64,000 nucleotides of DNA, taken from Macrostomum lignano. Its lineage: Eukaryota. The position numbers were made by a program, and so were the translations under genes. Positions 22,514-34,300 of the stretch are shown one piece after another (the first letter of the stretch is position 1; each line of letters opens with the position of its first letter). A model generated the notes under the pieces. It saw nothing but the letters and a program-made list of their open reading frames with translations. It made no database searches and was not told the DNA's origin. The DNA is taken from assembly GCA_002269645.1 (NCBI GenBank), contig NIVC01001409.1, positions 124,001 to 188,000 of the forward strand, written 5' to 3'.

Positions 22514-25141
22514 TTCCTTAGGCAAAGGCTAAGAAACCTCTGACAACCCATTCTGAAAAATTCTTGACTAAGTTGTCTTTACTTTACAAAAAAGCCAGAA
22601 GTATGAGGGAATCAAATCTAATAAGTATAATGCATATGGAAATATATAGATCAAATATCTTTCTAGAAAACTCTTTTACACTTTCTGCTGAGTAGACCTT
22701 ATCATTAATAGACATTATTACAATGGAAAACCTTTTCTACTTGGCTAGGTCAAGATCTTTGTAGAGGATCAAACAGATAAAGCTAGGCCTAATAGAAAAG
22801 CTGAATTTGGCTATCAATTCCTCAATTTTCATATAATAGCTCAATTCCACTGCTTTCTAAATAGGAGTGTCTCACTAAGCATTTGGTCTTTTCTAGGCTG
22901 AACTTTTGCTGGCCTTTGGTATCAAATCCCTTTTTTCTGTCAAATTAGGCAATAGATATCTTTGAGATAGTGGACTATCTAAGTAGGCTTTGGATAGGAC
23001 CTCCTTGATTTTTTATCCCATAACTAGCTTTGGCCATGTCATATATAAATGCATCTTTGGTTAGTACTATTTATAGCCACGCTAGAATATATATAAAAGG
23101 GGACCAAACATGAATAATTACTTGCAAATTGCACTAAAATGTATTAATGATTTTTATTTATTTTTATTTATTTTATACTCATAACATATTGCTTTTGCTA
23201 TATAAAGTGGTAAAAAATCAAGCCAAAGTGGCTTATCAAAGTTGAGATATATATAAGGTCATTCATATTTATTTTTGAATATATTTCATATTTAAAACAA
23301 GTCCAAAAAATCATTTCACGATATCATTTGCTTAAAACTATAAAATCTATAGCTTATGGGCCTACCTATAAAAAGATCATATATAGGGCCTATTAAATGA
23401 AATAATAATAAATAACTAATAACTTGCTATGCTAGGCCTAGCCTAGAATTTTTGTCATAGTAGAATTTCAAACTTATATATCAATTTTTAGTCAAAACTA
23501 GGCCACATGATATAGCTAGGCCCCTGGTGTAACTTTAGTATTTGCACATATATGCTTTGAATTAATATCAAATGGCATCTAAAACAAGATAGGGTAGGTA
23601 GGCCTAGGCCTAATAGATATCTAAAAAGTCTAAATTATATAGTAGGCCTATGTATTAGGCAGGATTAGGCCTCATGTCTGAAGTTATCTGGCTCTTTGAA
23701 GAGAAGTTGGGATAAAATTTTGCACCAGGTGTAGGTTAGGCGAATTTCTAAAATGCTGTTTTGATTCAAAAGCCTATGGCTATAGAGTATAGGGTACTAG
23801 GCATATGTTTGATTTAGTAACTATTCTTGAATTGAAAAATGAATAAAGCTAACTTATATTTTTTTCGCTTAAATTACTTTTGTTTGAATGCTTAGTTTTT
23901 AGAATTAGGCCTATAAAATGCAGTTCATGAGTTTATAAAAATATATAAACCAAAAAATTACAAATTTTTTTAAATGAATAAGTAAAATTTTTAAGCTGTC
24001 TATAAATTTGACCATCTTAGGCAAAAAATGGCAAAAACATTTTGTAATGAGATTTAGGCTAATAATAAAGGTATTGGATAGGTATAGTATTATTAATGGC
24101 TTCAGCTTACATTACATGGATTGTTCAATTTTTTACGTGTGGCCACCACACTACAAAATTTAAATTTTTATGTAGTGGTGCATTTAAACTGCAAACATGA
24201 TTAGTTTTGTCCAAATGGGTGAACCACTTGTTACTTAGAACTAAATAAACAGTTAATTCGGAGAATATATATTTAATACAATTCTTTGGATTTCTTGTTT
24301 GCTTTAGTTTAAATTTGAGTTTGCTGTACCAACTTAATAATAATCTATATTTTTCTCGTACACCTGAAGGTGTTTTTTAAGATATCGCGTTTTTAAAGCT
24401 CGAACACTAACTCTTCCGTTATATTCGCATTGCAGGTCCAGGCAACAATCCATCCATCCCTTTTGAGTCCTTAACTAGCAGCAGGATAAATATAATTAAC
24501 CTACCTAATGAAAAATTGCCATGGGCCTTGCCCTTGTCTGAAGCCTTTCTAGGCTTAGAATAGAACTGTCGCCATTTATTTGCTACTTTCTAACTATTGT
24601 CATTGACTAAAAGTTGCTGACCTAAAGTTAACTGACTAGATATCAATGTCAAATATTTAGGATTTTAGAATTAGGGATTCTATGGTCTTCTACTATTTCA
24701 GCTTTTTAAAAAATATTTAATGTTTCTCAAACAATCTAAGTAAGGAAGTGCTATGTCTATTCACTCATCCCCCTATTTGACAAATTCATGTTGCTTTTTA
24801 TTTTTTTTTGACTTTTAGTAGATGAATAATGTTGGTTGTCTATCCAATATTAATTGTCTAGTATTGGATGAATGCTGTTTTTACTTGTGACTTGTATAGT
24901 ATGAGATAAATAATATTTTTCTAGTTTTATTTATCTATTGTTATAAGCTTGTTTATAGGCAAAATTGTTCATATTAGCATTTTGATAATACTTTACATGA
25001 TACTTTTAGAATAAATATCATATTTATTAATAATAAAATTAAATAACTTTCTTTTTATTTAGGTTCTTATTCTATAGCTCATTCTTTCTAGATTTTAATT
25101 TCTTCTTTATCTTTTTTTCTCATTGGTCCTAGTGCCATAGT

Positions 25142-25562
25142 GGGCGCATGACCAAGACCGCCATATACCAAGACCGCCACAGCTCTTACTGACTATTGGA
25201 ATTGAGGGGAAGCTACCAATCTTCCAGCATTGCTATTGGTTATGATGGGTTGTCGAGTTAGATGAGGAGGAAGTGTCCCAAGATTGGTCACTAATAAGAT
25301 GAATAAGTGGCCCAAAATGATTGCAAGTCAACCAGGGCAATTTTAACAATTCAAATTAAATGAAAAAAACAAGGAGCCTGGCTCACCACCTACCTGGCCA
25401 AGCTGGCCTGCTCACCAGTTCTTCATCCGTGGCCTTGTCTTGCTGGCTCTCCCCATCTCACCCCTCCTCAGCACCATCCAATAACATGGCGAGCCAAATT
25501 CCTCCCTCCTAGCTCCCCCAAGTATGGCGGTCTTGGTGTGTGGCGGTCTTGGTCCTACACCC
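25142..25562. mobile_element. ~420-bp MITE with duplicated ACCAAGACCGCC subterminal inverted motifs
   Basis: Left GGGCGCATGACCAAGACCGCCATATACCAAGACCGCC; right GGCGGTCTTGGTGTGTGGCGGTCTTGGTCCTACACCC. The flanking direct repeat CCATAGTGGG makes the TSD length ambiguous (6-10 bp). Confidence 0.75.
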
Positions 25563-28300
25563 CATAGTGGGTTTCTCTATCAATTTGAAGTCTTCATTTT
25601 TCTCTTTACCTATTTCTTCTATATATATTTTTACTCTTTGTCTCCCTCTCAGAAATTTAGTATAGCATTTTATTGCTAGTTAGTAACCATATAGTACAGT
25701 TTATAATATTGTAATCTTGACTAAAATTCTATCTTGATAGGCTAATTAAAGAAATATATAGTAGGTGGGCCTATTATATATGCAATTATGATAATAATAG
25801 TAATGCATACTATTTAATACTAATTTTTCTTTACTTTTAAAACCAATTAATCAGTAGTAGCAGATTTAGGAAAGAAGAGAGACATACATAAGGCTTGCCC
25901 TTATTGAGTTGAAATTTTTACATTTTTATATATAGATTCAATAAATAAAAAGTATATATTATTACATATAAACATATACTATAATAATAATACCTATTTT
26001 GTGCCTCCATTCAACATTTTCTAAATTTGCACCTACAATCAATTGTATAGTCATAGGCCCTAATATTAAGCTATGTGCATATTTAAAGAGATAACAATAA
26101 TTGAGACAGAGTGTATATATCTATATCTATAAAAATGCAAATATAAAACTATATCAAAATGCAGCAGATTAAGCCTATTAAGTAAAAAAATAAAAGAGTA
26201 CTGGATAAATAATGATTTTATTTACCTATTAGTATTAAAAAATATAAGCAACAAATTTATGTGTATAATATTGGATAAATATTTACTGCTATCTAATAAA
26301 GCCTTCAATCTTTTTAATTTTTGTTTCAATATATTTTTTAGTTGACTAACATTAAATATAACATATAATATTTATAGTTTTATTGAAACTCATTAGGCTG
26401 CTAAATTATTTTTTTCAAAGCAACAGTTTTTTGTTTTAAAAGATAGAAAATATACATATGTAACTATTATTTTTGCCTAGGCTTAGGGTTAGGTCCATTA
26501 AAACTCAATTGATATTTAGAAATTTAGGGCATAAGTTAGAAAGTACAAGCCTAGTCTAAAGGGTAGGATATAATTGACTTTAGGTATAATAAATATTATT
26601 ATATTAAGGATTTAATAAATAATTGTTCTAGTGACAATATGCATTGTATAATATCTGGTCTTAGGTATTAAGCTAGTATTGTTAGATATGGTAAATATAT
26701 TCCTATAACAATATCTATATGTTTTGCATAAAACCTCTAGATAAACCTTCCCATAGCTATATATATATAGCTATAGTTGAACTCTAATATATAATACCAA
26801 TCAATCTGGTTAGGTATATTGTAGAACCAATCAACCAAGTACCAGCATTTTAAGGGGTAGAAAGAATAAAAAATATCAACAAATGAATGAAACAGACAAG
26901 AGAAAACTAGAAAAAAGAAGAGTGGCTTATTCAAGTCATTAAAAACCAACAAAGTAAAAGTGAAAAGAGCATTTGAAGTGAAACGAAGGCGCCGTTAGCA
27001 AGAGGATGGGAGAAATCAGCCGACACGCGCGTGATGCGTGAACAAGCATCCAGCCTTGGCAGCAACTCCCCAGATGCACAAGATCTGCATGCCTAAAAAT
27101 AGTCCTGATGATCGGCGAGCAAGAAGCCCAGCCATGCGACCCTCGCGTGATGCATGCACAACCTCTGACCGACACTGCCTATTGGGCCTCGAAATCCCAC
27201 TCTCTCTCCCTACTGCTCCTATTCCTCGTTGCTCGCGTACAGTGTGCTAGCTTATAAAATATACTGATTGAAGAGGAAAGATCCTCGCCTGAAGTTTGAG
27301 AATGTGACTCTAGAGATCACACAGAGAAAGTTACCATCGAGGTCCATTGTTCGTTGTCTTCCTGAACTGTTGGCAGAAGGAAACGATAATATGGGAAAAC
27401 CCCATATAATTTTTCGTTTCACATTAAATACTTGTTGTTAAAGCCAAAGAAAAAGGATTTAAATTGCATAGTATGCCAATATATTTTTATTTTGAAAAAT
27501 TATAAGAAAGTTTACTTGCTTTTTAAAAATTTAATAATAAAGTAGATTGCTAAAATATATAAACTTAAAGTGACTTCAAATAAAATCCAATGATTTATGC
27601 TTTGAATTTCTCCTTTTTATTCCTTGTATATTTAAAATTTTTATCTTTGGTCAGATTTATAGCTGCTTTTGTAGATAGAATTATTATGATGTTTAAACTT
27701 TGTATCAGCCTATGCCATGACACATTTACTTAATTTTGACATCCTGAATATAGGACCTTGAATACCAATCAGTATTTAAAGTTCCATATTTTATATAATT
27801 CCTATTTCACTTAAAGTACAAATAATTAATTGAGATTCTTGACATTTGAAGACTTCTGCAACTCATATGGGTCAGATAAGCTTAGCAATATTGTGGATAG
27901 AGTAGAGATTCTAATATATGATTTTGTAATTTTAACTGATCCCAGATGACATCCTGACTTTAAACCCCATGAAAACCCAGTTTTAATAATTTTTGTTCAA
28001 AAATGAATTATGATTATTGACTAATACAAATCATACTTCAAAGCATTCCTTTTGCTAATTTAAAGAAAATTTGTACATGCTGTTAATTTTATAGGCATAT
28101 TTAGTGACCCATTTTAATGATTTTCTTTTAAGATTATTCACTGTCATTAAACTATTCTCACTAAATTTCTGAGCTCTAACTATAACTTAAATTTGAGTTT
28201 TTTGCTTGACTTAAAAAAACCAGAAGCACACAGATCCTGCGCAGGAATCCAGTGTGCACTTGTCTGCTAGCTTAATAGAGCAGTCAGACAGGCAAGACCA

Positions 28301-31300
28301 ATGAAGATAGATCGGAGCCGCCTTCCCGGACACTGCGGCTGCGAGGAGGCCGACTGCAAGGCCCTGGTGGACTGGCTTCGGACAGCGCCAGACGCCGACT
28401 TCCTGGCCCGCATCAAAGGCATCACGCACTGGGTCTGGGGCAAGTGCGAGCTTGGCCTGTGGGCTGACGTGCTGGACAGGTTCGATGCTTTCTTAGAAAC
28501 CGCCTGCGAGCCGGCCTACAAGGACACCGGCGCCGCTGCGGCCTCCACGGCAGCAGCTTCACAGGCGGCCGCCTCGTCTGGTGCCAACGAGGCAGAAGGC
28601 GCCACCGCTGCTACAGCCAGCATGAACTGGACTCTGGCTGTTGATCTGCCCGAGAATGGAAAGCTGGCTTCCGCCGTGTGCTCCATCATGGATTTCACAT
28701 CGCTGCTGGTTGAGCACGCTGTTTATCGATCGCTATATGGGTCTTTTGATCGGCTGCTCACTCTGTTCCAGGTGAGGTTGTGTGTTTGTATTCTGGCACT
28801 TTGTGGCGCCAGCTGCTGATGGTCAGGGGTGTTAGTGGCGCCAACTGCTGATGGTCAGAGTGTTTGTGGCGCCAACTGCTGATGGTCAGGGGTGTTAGTG
28901 GCGCCAACTGCTGATGGTCAGGGGTGTTAGTGGCGCCAACTGCTGATGGTCAGAGTGTTAGTGGCGCCAACTGCTGATGGTCAGGGGTGTTAGTGGCGCC
29001 AACTGCTGATGGTCAGGGGTGTTAGTGGCGCCAACTGCTGATGGTCAGGGGTGTTAGTGGCGCCAACTGCTGATGGTCAGGGGTGTTAGTGGCGCCAACT
29101 GCTGATGGTCAGAGTGTTAGTGGCGCCAACTGCTGATGGCCAGAGTGTTTGTGGCGCCAACTAAGAATCGTCGAGATGTTTGAAACTGGAAATCCATTTG
29201 GGAGATCTGTGTATACAAAAGGTTTTTTGTAAATAAAATCTTATAAATCTCGATAACGATCCCCCTTTATCGCGCAGTCCCGCCGGTACGACGTGACTCT
29301 CTCCGTTCTGGGCCTTCTGTTGTCATTCGCGAAGTCCTCCACCCAGCTGGAGCAGCTGGATCCAACGGTGCGCACCCAGCTCTACACCGTGCTGTACTCG
29401 CTGTCCCGCTCCTGGTGCGGCCCGGCCAGCCCCTGGCGCCTGGCCGACTGGGCCCAGGACGGCTTCTCGCATGCGCCGCCGCGCAGCCTGCTGGTGCCCT
29501 GCCGGACAGGCTCGGCCAGGGACGCCTTCGTCTGCGAGCTGCGCATGGAGCCTGGCGGGGCCACGCCTGGCGATCCAAGCGCTCACATGGAGCTGCTGCT
29601 GCGCACCGAGCCACGGCTTGCTGCCCCCGACCTCATGCAGGTGAGTAGTGGCTGTAAATTTCTAGTTTAAATTGGGGAAATTGCTCAAATCTCTGTGTTC
29701 TAATGGGTGAATTGCTGAAATCACTGTTTAAATGGGGGAATTGCTCAAATCTCTGTTTAAATGGGGGAATTGCTCAAATCTCTGTTTAAATGGGGGAATT
29801 GCTCAAATCTCTGTGTTCAAATGGGGGAATTGCTCAAATCTCTGTTTAAATGGGGGAATTGCTCAAATCTCTGTTGTTCTAATGGGGGAATTGCTCAAAT
29901 CTCTGTGTTCAAATGGGGGTTATCGCTCAAATCTCTGTTCAAATGGGGGAATTGCTCAAATCTCTGTTTAAATAGGGGAATTGCTCAAATCTCTGTTTAA
30001 ATGGGGGAATTGCTCAAATCTCTGTTTAAATGGGGGAATTGCTCAAATCTCTGTTTAAATGGGGGAATTGCTCAAATCTCTGTGTTCAAATGGGGGAATT
30101 GCTCAAATCTCTTTTTAAATGGGGGAATTGCTCAAATCTCTGTTTAAATGGGGGAATTGCTCAAATCTCTGTTTAAATGGGGGAATTGCTCAAATCTCTG
30201 TGTTCAAATGGGGGAATTGCTCAAATCTCTTTTTAAATGGGGGAATTGCTCAAATCTCTGTTTAAATGGGGGAATTGCTCAAATCTCTGTGTTCAAATGG
30301 GGGTTATTGCTCAAATCTCTGTTTAAATGGGGGAATTGCTCAAATCTCTGTTTAAATGGGGGAACTGCTCAAATATCTGTGTTCAAATGGGGGAATTGCT
30401 CAAATCTCTGTTTAAATGGGGGAATTGCTCAAATCTCTGTGTTCAAATGGGGGAATCGCTCAAATCTCTTTTTAAATGGGGGAATTGCTCAAATCTCTGT
30501 TTAAATGGGGGAACTGCTCAAATCTCCGTGTTCAAACGAGGGGAAGTGCTCAAATCTCTGTTTAAATGATGGGGGAATCGCTCAAATCTCCGTGTTCAAA
30601 CGAGAGGAATTGCTCAAATCTCTGTTTAAATGGGGGAATTGCTGAAATCTCCGTGTTCAAATGGGAGAATTGCTCAGATAGTCAAGTGAAGAACAGGTGA
30701 GGGAATCGCTGAGCTAACGAGCCGCTAACACATCCAACTTGCGCAAAGCAATCGTCGTCCCCCCATCTCCCAGGACCGCTTCAACGTGTTCGCCCGGCTC
30801 CGCCTCGTCCACGCCTACTCCAGCGGCCATTCGCGCCGTCAGCTGCTCCGCGTCCACCTGCTGGCCATCGCCGCCTTCGCCTACCTCAGCCTGGTGAAAA
30901 CTCTGCCAGCCTGCGATGTGGAAGGCCTTCTAAGCCTGCCGGACACCTCGGACGATTACATGAACCTGCATGCGGCCGTGCTGAAGACCGTGACCTCGCT
31001 CATTCAGATTGGCCAGACTCAGCTGGTTGAGACCCTCGGCCTGCGCTACCATCACGGCCTGCTGCCCAGCCTGCTTCGCCGTGCCGTCAGCAGCATCGTT
31101 AGCAGCGGCGGCGCCGCCTCAGGCGAGTCACCGCTCACCCCGGCCAGGCTCAAGCAGGCCACCGCTATACTCAGCACGCTGTACCACATCACATCGTCTC
31201 ATGATAGAATGTCGCCTTCGCCCAGCCTGCTGGATCCGCTACTGCAGCTGGTGCAGTGGCAGGCCGCTCCGGACAACTGGCTGGGCCTGTGCATCCGGTC

Positions 31301-34300
31301 TGTCCGGGTGCTGGACTGCCTGTGCAACTTGGCGGCCAGCCAGGCCCGCCTGCCCGGAGTCCTGTTCTCCGCCCTGCTCGGCCGGCTGCAGGCCGAACTG
31401 CAGCTGCAGCAGCAACAGCCGGCCAACTGCCTGCAGAAGCTGGGCCTATTGAAACGCCTGCTTCATCTGCTCAAACGGCTGGTTACTGAGCCGGACTTTG
31501 CCGATTCTGTTCGACGCACCGTGGACTCCGGACAGCTGCTCCGGCTGGTCCGCTGCCTGCTGGACTGCGCGCCAGCCCTGCGCTTTGCCGGCGCCGACCT
31601 GCTCGCCGCCTACATTCAGCACGAGCCTTCGTCACTGTCCGCCATGCAGGAGAGCGGCATCACTGATCAGGTGAGAACTTCGGCAGATTTTGTTGGGTTG
31701 GAAATTTTCATAATTTCTGGCTATACCTGTGTGAAAGTCAAATTAGCGAGATTTTTTAATTAATAAAATTCTAATGAGGATCATAAAACTTTATACACCA
31801 TTCTTACAAAACAAATCTTTTCATAGGGAATAGGAAGAGATCTTAGGGTTAATTTCAGAGTAAGACATGTACATTAATCCCAAGAGTGAGACATGTACAC
31901 TAATCTCAGGGTGAGACCTGTACACTTATCTCAGGGTGAGACCTGTACATTAATCTCAGAGTGAGACCTGTACATTAGTCTCAGAGTGAGACCTGTACAT
32001 TAGTCTCAGAGTGAGACCTGTACATTAGTCTCAGAGTGAGACCTGTACATTAGTCTCAGAGTGAGACCTGTACATTAGTCTCAGAGTGAGACCTGTACAT
32101 TAGTCTCAGAGTGAGACCTGTACATTAGTCTCAGAGTGAGACCTGTACATTAGTCTCAGAGTGAGACCTGTACATTAGTCTCAGAGTGAGACCTGTACAT
32201 TAATCTCAGGATGAGACCTGCTTATTGCTCTTAAATGACAAGTTTCCATGCGCTAGCATGTAGTTTCAGGGTAAGAACTCAGACAGTCGCCTATGTCACC
32301 CAATCCAGGTGCTGGACTCGCTGAAGGTGCCTCAGCACCGGGACCTGTTGCTGAACCTGCCACCGATCCTGGCCGCCCTGTCGCTGAACCAGCGCGGCGC
32401 CGACGCAGTCCTTCGTCGCGGCGTCCTCCAGCAGCTGGTGTCGATATTCGCCGATCCGGCCTACCTGCCAGCGCTGACCGCCAAGAAGTCCATGCAGCCG
32501 GCCGCCATGCTAGGCAGCCTGGCCTCCGAGGTTGTCCGCAACGACCAGCGCCTGAAGGACGCCGTTGTTGAGGCCGTCAAGGACTCCCTCACCCGCCTGG
32601 TCGAAGAGGCCAAGGCATCCGCTGCCGCCGCCGCCGTCGCCGCCGCCGCCTCTGCAACGGCTTCCGCGGCCAAGTCGACCGCCTCGCAGGACGACGCGTC
32701 CGGCGGCGGCTCGTCCGGTCCGGACGAAGACGTCGTCATGCAGGACGCTTCGTTCGCCTCGTCGGTCTCCACCGGAGGCGCCGGCAGCAGCGGCAACGGC
32801 GCCGCTGGTACGTCGAACGTTGGCGCCAATGCTACCACCGGCGGCGCCGCCGCTGCGGCCTCCAGCGACCCCGGCGCGGCGTCGAACCGCGCCAGCCGGC
32901 TGCTCGTGTTCGCGCAGTCAATGGTGTACCGCACCGCCATCGAGCGGGCTGACAGTCAGATCGCCGCCGGCTCGGTTGACTCCGCCGCATCCCGCGCTCT
33001 GGTCGACGCCGGCGTCCTGCCGCTGCTGCTGGAGCTGGCCGCCCAGCTTCGCCCCGCTGAGCCCGCCATCGGTCACGTGGCCACCTTCATCCGGCTGCTC
33101 GTGATGGCCGACGCCGATCCTGAGCAGATGGTGTCCACTCTGCTCAGCCTCATCAACGATCAGCTTCCGTCCGAGTGCAACCCGCGCTCAGCGGCCATCT
33201 GCAGCCTGCTGGAGCGGCTGGTCAGCATCAGGGAGCTGAGATCCTCCAGCCTGGCCAGGTTTGCCGGCGCCCAGCCGCTGCTAAAGAAGCTGCTGTACCA
33301 GCTGTACCGCACTGCGGCCTGGCAGTGCGCGGAGGCTGCGCACCAGGTGCGTGGATCTCCCTTTACCGATTCCCGCATGATCCCATCATCGAGATCTCCC
33401 ACGGTTTTCCTTGTAGCTTCTCATAGCTTATAGTGTTTGCCTCATCTCTTATCCCTAAATCCCGTCGCGCATCTCTAAGCATCCCCCCGTCCCAATGCTG
33501 CTGATCCCCTTCCCCCATCCCAATGCCGCTGATCCCCATCCCAGATCCCAATTCTGCTGATCCCCTTCTCTGATCCCAATGCCGCTGATCCCCATCCCAG
33601 TTCCCAATTCTGCTGATCCCCTTCTCTGATCCCAATGCCGCTGATCCCCATCCCAGATCCCAATGCCGCTGATCCCCATCCCAGATCCCAATGCCGCTGA
33701 TCCCCATCCCAGATCCCAATGCCGCTGATCCCCATCCCAGATCCCAATGCCTCTGATCCCCATCCCAGATCCCAATGCGGCTAATCTCCATCCCTGATCC
33801 CAATGCGGCTGATCCCCATCCCTGATCCCAATGCCGCTGATCCCCTTCCCAGATCCCAATGCCGCTGATCCCCATTCCCGATCCCAATGCCGCTGATCCC
33901 CATCCCAGATCCCAATGCCGCTGATCCCCGTCCCAGAACCCGATGCCGCTGATCCCCGTCGCAGATCCCGATGCCGCTGATCCCCAATCCCAGATCCCAA
34001 AATCCCATCGCCTATCTTAAGATCTCCCTAATGATCCAAATCGATATTTTAATCCCTAAATACCACACAATACACATCCCATTTTTAAAAAAATCCTCAC
34101 TATCCCCTGGATTGGATATTTGCATCTTGATAACTCATACCCGTCCACAAATTCATCTCAATGTCCAACCTACCCAATTCCCCGCAACCCCGCCAGATGG
34201 ACGTAGACACGTGCGACACCCTGTCCCAGCTGGGACTGGACGGAGTCTGCGAGCCGGCCTGCAAGAAGCCGAAGCAGGCCGCACTGCTCGACCCAGAGCA

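Noticed and set aside
26480-26500. TTAGGG-like telomeric motif
   Set aside because: Only one or two units, not an array.
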